Under the pieces are notes generated by a model. The model had not been told where the DNA came from. It made no database searches and worked only from the letters and a program-made list of their open reading frames with translations. From Octopus vulgaris (lineage: Eukaryota): a DNA stretch of 64,000 nucleotides. Position numbers and translations under genes: made by a program. Below, piece by piece: positions 1 through 10,450 of this stretch; positions within the stretch are counted from its first letter, which is position 1, and every line of letters begins with the position of its first letter. The stretch is taken from positions 72,106,001 to 72,170,000 of the forward strand of contig OX597824.1 of NCBI GenBank assembly GCA_951406725.2, written 5' to 3'.

Positions 1-175
1 CATGGCATTTTGCCAAAGGTTTCAGTCACTTGTCAACGCCTCCATGAGGCCCAATGTTTGAAGATCATGCTTCACCACTTCATCCCATGTCTTCCTAGCT
101 CTTACTCATCCATGTTTCCTCCACAGTTAAATATCAGCACTTCTTTACACAGCTATCCTCATCCATACACTCATA
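1..175 (-). mobile_element. RTE-clade LINE fragment (ORF C-terminus)
   Basis: Minus strand gives MDEDSCVKKC...RKTWDEVVKHDLQTLGLMEALTSD-NLW, typical of RTE C-termini. Confidence 0.6.
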
Positions 176-549
176 TCTGTACATATTTGGTGTCACTGTA
201 AAAATTAGGCCCTGGAGATCCTTTCCTGATAGCTTAGAATGAGAATTGAACTCACTGGTTATTCATTATTATTTTACCTAATTTTTCTGAATATAAGAGG
301 AATCAGTCTCACAGAGCTGTTCCCTCTCTGCGCTATACATCATCATCATAAGTAACTAAAAATTAGTCAATGTTTGTGTTGCTGCTCTTTGAAGTGACAG
401 GTATTTATTGCTTTGTGGTACCATATATATATATGTATGTGTGTGTATGTGTATAGTGACTGTGTGATTTTTTTGAAAGCTGTCTCTTTGGTGTTGATCA
501 AGATTACTCTGTATTAACAAACAGCATCAGTAACATATGCTTCACACTT

Positions 550-745
550 TTCTTTAAACCATATTTCTGCCTGGAAAATAATGAAGAATTTGATAAAATA
601 AATTTGCTATTTATTAAGCTGGTGTTTGGGGCAGAAATTAACATGAAATTTTGATGGGTGGTTTTAATTTTAGATCACTTTAAAATATGAAGTTTGCATC
701 ATTGCAGCACAAGTGGTTTAGGGTGGTTTGTTATCAGATGAGTTT
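550..745. mobile_element. Old copy of the piggyBac-type MITE family
   Basis: Diverged but colinear with the reverse complement of 38297-38517. Confidence 0.45.
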
Positions 746-842
746 GCAACATAGGATTATCTTATTACACTCATTTGTGGTCTGGCAAAAGGTAAAAAAG
801 AAAGTAAATAAAAAAAATTTCAGTACTTCCTTCAGTCTAGAT

Positions 843-1120
843 ATCCTTATACCTTGAGGGGGTGCCAGACACTGAAATTCTTCACTATCCTTATACCTAG
901 AGGAGGTATAGTTCCTTGTTATAGGTACCAGTCACTGAAATTCTTCGCTATCCTTATACCTCAAGGAGGTATAGTTCCTTGTTATAGGTACCAGACACTG
1001 AAATTCTTCACTATCCTTATACCTTGAGGAGGCATAGTTCCTTGCTATAGGTACCAGACACTGAAATTCTTCACTATCCTTATACCTTGCGGAGATATAG
1101 TTCCTTGCTATAGGTGCCAC
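843..1120. repeat. 63-bp minisatellite, ~4 copies
   Basis: cactgaaattcttcactatccttatacc... recurs at 870, 933, 996 and 1059. Confidence 0.95.
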
Positions 1121-1705
1121 TATCTGGTGGATCTCTTATGATTCACTCTGTACTCTCTTCAAATCTATGTGGCACATTAACCTCTCTTTCTTTAATTATC
1201 ATCATCATCATCATCAGTATGTGCCACTCTTGCCCTAGTAGGTATCCCCCTTTTCCAGGATTGCATTATTCCTCTGAATCTCATCTTTAGTACATTACCA
1301 GTGAAAGGATACAAGCCATCTCCCTGCCAATGCTAGTTTGGACCTTATCGACTCAGCTACAATTTGCATTTGTTTGATAAATTATCAATAACTAGAAAAG
1401 AGAGAGAGAAAAAATAAAACTGTGTGTTTGTGACTGGATATTGAAGAAAAATTGAAATTAATGATAAAAAAGGGGAGAAAATGAAATGAAACAGAATGTT
1501 GTATAAGTGAAATAAATAAAAATGAAAAATTATAAATATACAGAAGTGTGAAAGTAGTATAAAAGTACTTTAAAAAATTAAAATTTAATAAGACTGCATA
1601 CACTCATGCATGTGTGTTTAGAGAGACAAGAAGAGAAAGAGATAAAGAGGCTGGGAGAAGAGAAATAGAAAGCAATACAAGAGATGGAGAGAGAGAGAGA
1701 GAGAG

Positions 1706-1752
<47 letters not shown>

Positions 1753-2349
1753 TATATATATATACAGAGAGAGAAGCAAGGAGAGAGAAATATTAATAGG
1801 TTTTAAAATAGATTCTTCAAACTTAACTAACACCACACCATCATAATTGCTTCCATTGGTGTTATCATCATCATTTTTCTATGCTGACATTGATTGGCCA
1901 TTTAGGTGTGTATATATATATATAATATGTATGTATATATTTGCATTTTGTGTTGTGTGAATGTGTGTGCATATGTATGTACATACATATATTTAACATA
2001 TTGGAAAACTATTGGTGATTTGATATTCCTCACACACCCTGACCTAGATTCTCAAGATGGTACTGCAAGATTTCTTAAATGTAGAACAATTAAGAAACAC
2101 TATATGGGCAGACCACAAGGAATGGCTTTTTTTTCTTTTAATGTAGAATTACATTAAATTACTACAATTATTTCCCCAAAGCATTCATTTCCTCCCCAAA
2201 ATTGAAAATAAAAAACAGATTTGAAATTTTTTATTATTATCATTATTCACTAGTATGTTATTATTTAACACTAGGTCAGCCTTCATCAAACAGACCTTTG
2301 ATAAAAGGCATTCCATTTGCGACCATCTTGTCTTTATTTATTATTATAA

Positions 2350-2470
2350 AGGTGGCAAGTTGGCAGAATAATTGTTAGTGCATTTGACAAAGTGATTAAT
2401 GGCATTTCTTCCAGTTCTGAGTTCAACTTTTTTCATCCTTTGTGGTAGAGGGATAAAATAAGTTCTAGTT
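2350..2470 (+). mobile_element. SINE family B (tRNA-like head, Meta-domain-like core), degenerate
   Basis: ggtggcaagttggcagaat head, ttctgagttcaa, ttcatcctt...gataaaataagt core. Confidence 0.6.
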
Positions 2471-2490
2471 GAGCACCCCCGCCAAAAAAA

Positions 2491-2661
2491 GGCATTGGAG
2501 TGTGTGTGTGGTAAGTAGCTTGTTTACCAACCACATGGTTCCAGGTTCAGTCCCACTGCATGGCACCTTGAACAAGTGTCTTCTACTATAGCCTCAGGCC
2601 GACCAAAGCCTTGTGAATGGATTTGGTAGACGGAAACTGAAAGAAGCCTGTCGTATATATG

Positions 2662-2692
<31 letters not shown>

Positions 2693-2889
2693 CTGTGTTT
2701 GTTTCCTCAACATTGCTTGACAACCGATGCTGGTGTGTTTATGTCCCCATAAATTAGCGGTTCAGTAAAAGAGACCGATAGAATAAGTACTAGGCTTACA
2801 AAGAATAAGTCCTGGGGTCGATTTGCTTGACTAAAGGCGGTGCTCCAGCATGGCCACAGTCAAATAACTGAAACAAGTAAAAGAGTAAA
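2491..2889 (+). mobile_element. SINE family A, full length
   Basis: tRNA-like head (gtgtggtaag...ggttcagtccc), central (TA/TG)n and tail ggcggtgctccagcatggcc...ctgaaacaagtaaaagag. At least 8 copies in the window. Confidence 0.85.
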
Positions 2890-2911
2890 CGAGATAGAAA
2901 TATTATTATAA

Positions 2912-3348
2912 AGGTAGTAAGGTGGCAGAATCATTAGCATGCCAGATAATATGTTGAACAGCATTTTGTCTGGCTTTGTTCTGAGTTCAAATACTGCCAA
3001 GGTCAACCTTGCTTTTCATCTTTTTAGGGTTGATAAAAAAAATAGGTACAAGTTGAACACAGGGGTCAATATGATTGACTTCACTGATGTTCACCCTTCC
3101 CTCAAAATTACTGGCCTTGTGCTAAAATTAGAAAAGATTATTAAGGGGGTGAGCTGGTAGAGTTGTTAGCACACTGGACAAAATGCTTTGCAGCATTTCT
3201 TCTGATTTTATGTTTTCAAATTCTTCCAAAGTCAACTTTGCTTTCCATCCTTTCTGGATTGATAAAATAGGTACTTGTTGAATACTAGTGTCAATGTAAT
3301 CAACTTAACCTTTCCCCCAAATGTGCTGGCCAAAATTTGAAATCATCA
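2912..3348 (+). mobile_element. Two tandem SINE family B copies
   Basis: Head/core/tail repeated at ~2912-3140 and ~3143-3348, each ending in (ATT)n. Confidence 0.7.
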
Positions 3349-3617
3349 TTATTATTATTATTATTATTGATTTGACTCAGGTTCTGTTTTATTCCTGATA
3401 GGATTTATGCGGCTAGCGGGTTACTACCTGTAACCTTAAGTATCCACAAGCTTTCAATGGTCTTACAAATGTTTAAAACCCTTCTGATAATCTTTCCTGT
3501 CCCTAAGAGACAAACTTTCTGTAGGAGCTCTACTGGGCATTCTATTCCAATTTCCTTCAACCATTTGCCACAGTTCCCAATGAACCATTATTACAGGCAC
3601 AACGTTTACAGTTTTCA
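3349..3617 (-). mobile_element. R4/Dong-like (RLE) LINE 3' end
   Basis: Minus strand gives VPVI-GSLGTV..KWLKEIGIECPVELLQKVCLLGTGKIIRRVLN, followed by a short 3' UTR and a (TAA)n tail. Confidence 0.75.
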
Positions 3618-3627
3618 ATTATTATTA

Positions 3628-4097
3628 TTGAGTGAGAGAGCAGTGCATGCCATCAAAGTGACACTGGGGTAAAACATATGAAGCCCAGTATACCCATCAT
3701 GACTACGCGTCTGATAAGGGTACACTAGGCACATGCATCACAACCATATGTGCGTGACATGGTGATATCATGTCAAGATAAACAGCACATGACCTTGCAG
3801 ATGGGGCTCAGTTAGAATTTTCTTCAGGTCAAGTAACCCATCCCGCTCAAAAGGTCCCTGAATAAGGTTTGTTTAAGGATGATGAACAAAACACCCATGT
3901 TTCCAAGGGTGAATTATCTAATCCCCAAAGATTCCCTCTCAACACATGGCTATGATGCTCTCCCACTACTGTTTGTGATCAGAGGTACACATTTTGTCAG
4001 CCACTATGGGACATGCTCAACTGGTTATGGTCAAGCAACTGACAAGCAAATCTGTGGTATTGAGCAGAATATTTGCTGTAGCCCATCTTTTATACTA
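3628..4097. mobile_element. Unclassified ~470-bp interspersed element between (ATT)n tracts
   Basis: Compositionally distinct block bounded by attattatt on both sides; no ORF homology recognised. Confidence 0.35.
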
Positions 4098-4120
4098 GTA
4101 TTATTACTATTATTATTATT

Positions 4121-4530
4121 AAGGCGGCGAGCTGGCAGAATCATTAGCACACCGGGCGAAATGAGTAGCCATATTTCGTCTGTCGTTGCGTTCTGAGTTC
4201 AAATTCCGCCGAGGTCGACTTTGCCTTTCATCCTTTCGGGGTCGATAAATTAAGGACCAGTTACGCACTGGGGTTGATATAATCAACTTAATCTGGTTTG
4301 TCTGTCCTCGTTTGTCCCCTCTGTGTTTAGCCCCTTGTGGGTAGTAAAGAAATAGGTATTTTGTCTGTTGCTACGTTCTGAGTTCAAATTTTGCTGAAGT
4401 CGACTTTGCCTTTCATCCTTTTGGGGTCGATAAATTAAGTACCAGTGAAACACTGGGGTCAGTTGCATCGACTATTCCTCTCCCCCAAAGTTTCAAGGCT
4501 TTGTGCCTTCAGTAGAACGGATTATTATTA
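4121..4530 (+). mobile_element. SINE family B, dimeric (long tail plus second core)
   Basis: Core gcctttcatcctttcggggtcgataaattaag occurs twice, joined at gtaaagaaata|ggtatttt. Same structure as 8373-8760. Confidence 0.85.
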
Positions 4531-4889
4531 TTGTTATTATTATTAAGTTTATAAACATTCACATACATAAGGGGCCTCCTGCAATTCCCATCTATCAAAT
4601 TCACTTGAAAAGCATTGGTCAGCTTGGAGCTATAGTAGATGTTTCTCAAAGGTGCCAAGCAGTAGAACTGAACCATGTAATTATGAAGTAAATTTGTTAA
4701 TCACACATCTGTACCCATATATAATGTTGTGTGCTGGTGTAGTTTAACCCCAGGTTATCCTTGAACCAGCAGATCTTTGATCAAAAGCATGCTAACCACG
4801 ACCATCCATGTATTGATTTGTCGAAAGCTACTTTATTCAGTGTTCCTCTCCCTCTCTCCTTGTCTGAAAATTGACTTCAGTGTATTTCA

Positions 4890-6055
4890 ATTTTGTCGTG
4901 TATAAATATCTTTGTCTTCACGCTATTTGTACGTTCTCCTTACAACATTACTTTACGTATTTAAAATTTTTTGCACTCCGTCTATTTAAATACACTATTT
5001 ACATTTCTTCCTCTATCGAAAACCGTTGTGATATAGCCGATAAGCCTTCATTATTAATCACTGAGCAGTCATGCGTGACTGTGTGAGAGTGTATGCGTGT
5101 GTATCGTCACATTTGGTATGTGAATGTGTGTGTGTTTGTGCGCCTGTTACGTACGTTGTTAAACATACACACACATCTACACATACATATACATACGTGA
5201 TGAGAACTGCTGGAGATGAAACTCTTGACAAAAACAATTACGTGAAAGGTCCAAGTTATATAAAAATACACATCTATCATTCAATTAACAGTTCATAATT
5301 ATCGCAACAGTTGAAGGGTTGCGGGGTATTTACAATTTGCTTATATTTGGTTAAATTACACTGCATACAAAAATATAGACATACTACATACATACAACTG
5401 CTTACAAAAATAGAGATTTAATGTATATTTTGTTCTATGTTCATAATTTTTTGTTTAAAATATTGAAAAAAAACATTCCACCAAAGAAAAAAAAGTAATC
5501 TTTCTAGAAACACCTATAAAGCAAGGAGGAGTGCAAAAAACCGAAGGTGAAAGTCTCAAGAGATAAGAGACATGAAACTTTCGCATCATTAGCAAAGGCG
5601 TACTGCAGGACGTCAGATGGAGTCTCAATACAGAAGGGACATGACATTTTCCAAAGATCACCAAACGCATGCTGCAGCACGTCAAATACAGTTTCAATAG
5701 AGAAGGGTGAGGAAACTTTCTCAAGATCAGCAAAGGCATGCTGCAGCACTTAACGCGGAATCATTAAAACAACGTTTAGCACGTCGGATTACGCAGAGGT
5801 CCAATAGAATAGCTCTCAGAAATAGGCGACGTACAAATTCGTTCTTCACAACACCTGGAGCTGCTTTCAGATATGAAAACGATAATTCTGTTCGAATTGG
5901 TGTGCCATACTCAAGTTGCAAAGCCTTAAAATTTACTCCACAAACGTTTTGTCAATATTGCACTTTCTTGTCTCACCTGTTTCAACATAACTATAATACA
6001 CACACACACAAACTATGCCGTTTTAAAAACGAGCAACGCCGGGTATCTCTGCTAG
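4890..6055 (+). mobile_element. Helitron relic with N-terminal RepHel pseudogene segment
   Basis: 3' end cgagcaacgccgggtatctctgCTAG|t, shared with other Helitrons here. Carries 69-bp coding repeats and an AAFRY..VRIG..CKALKF motif. 5' boundary uncertain. Confidence 0.7.
5521..5940 (+). pseudogene. STPR-like 23-aa repeats plus degenerate Helitron N-terminal zinc-finger motif
   Basis: Frame-1 repeat units start at 5572, 5641 and 5710 (period 69 bp): ESQYRRDMTFSKDHQTHAAARQI / ..RRVRKLSQDQQRHAAALNA / ESLKQRLARR. Three in-frame stops. Confidence 0.65.
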
Positions 6056-6408
6056 TAAAAATTATAAATAACACGTGATCTTTCAACACGCTCACATCAG
6101 GATGAATTTTCTAAAGCCTTAAATTGGATTTTTTCGGTTTGGTTGCCAACGGCTCCAAATGAAAGTTTACCGAAATTTTTAAAATTTGGCACAATAATAC
6201 ACTCACCCAAACCGAATTGCTGGAGTTATTTCATTTTTTCCAGAAAAAATATTTTTAAAGAGTTGTAGAGGATTATAGCTTGATCATTTTCACTCAGTCA
6301 GAAAACAGGATTTAGAAGCTGTCATTTTGTGCGTGACTGCACATTTTGTCGTGTATGACTGCACACGTGTTATGTCTCCGGTAATTTTCTTTCATGTAAA
6401 TAAATGTT

Positions 6409-6936
6409 GGATCTTTTCCTTTTGAACGGCACTTTGTAACATAATTTGTAGGTAGCTAAAAAGTTTTAAACTTCGTATACTGGTAGAATGTGTTTATAAA
6501 ACATCATTTTTTCTTGGCTTTATTGAGAAAATTCTATATGTTGTAACATATTTCGTCTTTAATTTCGAGCATTTCGGCAATTTTAACCAATCGCTGGAGT
6601 CCATTTAGGTAAATAACATTCTGTGCATAATGAATATGTCCCTCCTTTAAGAAACAGATTGGGTTTATTTACATTTGTGAAGAAAAAAGATACCCTTCTC
6701 CCACCCTAACCCTAAATCTAAAATAGATTGAAATGCAATAGATCGATACTAGGGTTATAATTATGGGTGACAATTTCATACGACACCGCTACGGAAAATG
6801 GGATTTTTTTCTAGCGGTGTCAAATGAAAATGTCACCCATAATTATGGCCCTAGTATCGATCTATTGCATTTCAATCTATTTTAGATTTAGGGTTAGTTA
6901 GGGAAGGGTATCTTCCCGTTCAAAAGGAAAAGATCC
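6409..6936. mobile_element. MITE with GGATC TIRs and 8-bp TSD (Merlin-like), with internal foldback
   Basis: TIR ggatcttttccttttgaacgg / ccgttcaaaaggaaaagatcc; TSD taaatgtt/tgaatgtt; internal ~105-bp inverted repeat with ccctaa motifs. Confidence 0.85.
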
Positions 6937-8372
6937 TGAATGTTTGTTAATTTAAAAGATTTATCCAAAAAATCTTATTTAGCTGTTATTTTTAGCACAC
7001 CTCACTGCTGAAAAAAGAAACTATAATAGAAGGGAAGTTACTGGAGCTTGCTGCCATAATTACACAGAACGCAGCGTCAAATTTCTCAATATGTGCTTCC
7101 TCGAAGATCCAAGGAGGATTTTCAAAGACGGTTACTATGGCAACAGGCAAAAGAGTTCTTATGTTCCGCTCCTTACTATCGAAACAGCCATGAAAGTGTC
7201 AGTGGCTTACGATTGGCTGAAGTTACCAAAATTTTCAAACTTTAATTACTAATTCTTTATTTATTCATTTATAGTGAAAATTACTTTCACATCATTAATT
7301 AGCCTTACAAAAGTGTATCTTTACACTGAATATGAAATCATTTCGAACAGAAAATTGACGCTGATCGAGGAGACCCATTTCAGCCCTCACCATACTGCCT
7401 TTTTCCTATGTTCAAGGAACCCAAGAATGTATTATCCAAACTCTTTTTTTTTTTTTTTTTTTTAATACGGTAAGGTGTGATTTGAGGATCATTTGGCTGT
7501 TGTTTCGTGTAGGCCGAACTGCCACGTAGAGGCTCTATCGTTAGTTCGGACTCCTGTTATGCGTTGTAAGCGTGGTGATGTTTGTGTTAACTTTAGATAG
7601 TGTTGGGACTTTTAATACTAGCATTTAATTAGCCTGTTACGGTCAACTGAAGACGTCAGATCTACGCTAACATTCTCTCACCCACTTTGCCTCACAACAC
7701 CCCTGCCATCATCAGTGTCTTGCCGATTTCAAACTTTATAGCTTATCTAATTGTCACTCTATCTGTTTACCTCTCTCTCTCCTTATAGCTCACTCTCTAT
7801 TTGTTTCTCTCCTTGTAATTCTCTCTCACGCACGCACACACACACACTTCTACCAAGTTTATTGCCGATTTTTTTGTCTCTGACCAAAAAGATAATAAAG
7901 ATACAGTAAAAATACAAAACAATACCTAATCATTGTTTTTGTTTGCGCTAAATACGACTTTCGTTTGCCGTAATCCTTCCTCTCCACACCTTCCCCAAAC
8001 AACGAAGTTCAAGGAGTAAACAAAAATCACAAAAAAAAAAGGCGAAAAACAAACAACCACGACTAGCAAGCAATACATTATCTCTAATACATTTTTAGAG
8101 TTTGAGTATATGTTTATCGTGTGGCTAGTTGCCCAAATTGGACTGTTCAGGTGGTTTCTTTACAGAGACTTAATTGGCCTCAGATATTTCGTCTCCGGCT
8201 GACTGTCATCAGCCAGGAATTTCCCCCTCGCTGACTTTTCTCTGTTCGTAAACAAACAAGACACACCGTGTCATTTATTTCTTTTATTCGTTTTTTAGTA
8301 AAATGGCTTGTGTTTGGACGTAGACGTTGATAGACTCATACATACTGCCTATTGTGTGTGCGTGTGTGAACT

Positions 8373-8760
8373 CATGGAAGAATCGTTAGCACGCCGGAGG
8401 AAATGCTTAGCGTCGTCTGCCGCTACGTTCTGAGTTCAAATTCCGCCGAGGTTGACTTTGCCTTTCATCCTTTCGGGGTCGATAAATTAAGTACCAGTTA
8501 TGCACTGGGTTCGATATAATCGATTTAATCCGCTTGTCTGTCCTTGTTTGTCCTCTCTGTGTTTAGCCCCTTGTGGGTAATAAAGAAATAGGTATTTCGT
8601 CTGTCTTTACGTTCTGAGTTCAAATTCCGCCGAGGTCAACTTTACCTTTCATTCTTTCGGGGTCGATAAATTAAGTACTAGTTGCGTACTGGAGTCGATC
8701 TAGTCGACTGGCCCCCTCACCCCAAATTTCGGGCCTTGTGCCTAGAGTAGAAAAGGATAA
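8373..8760 (+). mobile_element. SINE family B, dimeric
   Basis: Same dimer structure as 4121-4530, with CpGs retained. Confidence 0.85.
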
Positions 8761-9167
8761 ATACTGCTTATATTTAGCAAGGCAGCGAGCTGGCAGAATC
8801 GTTAATACTAGAGAAAGTGTTTAGAAGGATTTCTTTTTATGTTCTGATCCCTTTCTGGCTTTGGGGGATCGATGCAAACGACTAGGCTTCTCCCTCCAAA
8901 ATAATAATGAAGAAAAAAAAATGGAAGAAAGAAAAATAGGCACGTCAATTTCCTGATTGGCACGCCTAACGAAAATGTAGGCGTGCCATTCAGAAAGTAA
9001 GGAGTGTGCTCACGACTGATTTATATTGTCGTTCGACCTGAGAGGAAAGAAAACAGCCTAGATTTCTCATATCTCACGTACTGTCTATGAAAAGAAACAC
9101 AAACAAAAAACAAGGATTCATTGCATGATATATAGTCTTAGATACGCTGTCAAAGGGGGGGGGGAAT

Positions 9168-9394
9168 ACAAACAACGGCAGTAATTTTATTCATCTGAAT
9201 ACACGTCATTGATTGGTTGAAATTACCGAAATAGGACTAATTTAACGTGAAATTACTTCGTAAATATAAGTTTTTCTCAAAAATGCTAAGAGTAAAAGAT
9301 GCTTTATATGACACATTCTACCAGTGTCCGAAGTTTGAAAGTGTTTAGTTACAAAAATTATTTTTTAAATCTGTTGGTCAAAAGGTAAAGATCC
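9168..9394. mobile_element. Solo right arm of the GGATC foldback MITE
   Basis: Near-identical to 25012-25240 and ends in caaaaggtaaagatcc. Confidence 0.85.
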
Positions 9395-9733
9395 TGTATT
9401 TGATCTTAGATCTGATGAATCAGGCTTTTTTTGGTGCTCAATAGCAAACCGTTTACATTTGCTGAACTAACAAATAACTTTAATTTTACTGACGCAATAC
9501 GACTGCGAAAGCTCGTTCATATTTTGTAATCATATATGAACGTAAAAAATATCAATGTTTCGAATTTATATAATTATTGTTCAAATCCAAAGAAAAATAG
9601 CTATTAAGAATAATTAAATTCAGTGATTTATTTTTTAAACTGAATATACTAATTTTTTGTGTCCCACTCACGTATTGTATATCTAATTAGCGATTCTCTT
9701 ATCACTATTTCAACAATGTCAGTGAAGTCTGTG

Positions 9734-9774
9734 CTTCGCTGATGAAGTATAATAAAACGGAGACATGTTTGAAG
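9734..9774 (+). ncRNA. Decayed minimal hammerhead motif (PLE-type)
   Basis: cttcg-CTGATGA-agtataataaaacg-GAGA-catg-TT-tgaag. Stem I cttcg/tgaag and palindromic ACATGT stem III are present; GAAA is changed to GAGA. Confidence 0.4.
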
Positions 9775-10211
9775 TTGTCTCCCGTACTTGCCGAACTGAT
9801 TAAAATATTAGTCGCATAAATATTTCTTATTAGAGTCTTTAAACTCTACATTAAATAAATATACTCACATTTAACTCAACTATTGCCTTTCTAGCTAATG
9901 GCGAATCTAATTCATTAAGCATAAGTAATTATGTAATGTATTTTGGTGGGAAAATGTTTCTGGTCTTTGTATTCAGTCAATGCGAAATTGGATTGTTTAC
10001 CTTCTTTGTGATAAACGTGAATTAAAAGCTTTTGATCTAAATATATGCACCCATGTGGCCAAGCAATTTAATTTAGTCTTCTTATCTGTGAGTGGTTAAA
10101 TATATTTTCTTTTTCTGTTCTTTCGTGATCTAGATCCAGGGCTTGATCCTGTAGTTCAGCAAATTGGGCGTCTTTATCATGTCGACGCAAACCTTGTGAG
10201 AGAGGTTAAAC

Positions 10212-10450
10212 CAATGGTTCTCTACTATTTTTTGCTTTTGGGTCCCTTTAATTCATATTTTACTCTATTGGATCTCCATAGCCATTCGATGTATATATTA
10301 AAAAAATCTTACTGTATTTTTATAGTAAAATATTATTAGGAATTGTATAATAAAAACTTTAAATAATTTGTGTATGGTATGAGGATTCATTGCACATATG
10401 GACCACCCCTCCTCATCAAGGGCCATACGGATCCCGGTTGAGAACCACTA
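10212..10450. mobile_element. hAT/Charlie-like MITE
   Basis: TIRs caatggttctc / gttgagaaccacta (CAGTGGTTCTCAAC type); degenerate 8-bp TSD. Confidence 0.6.
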
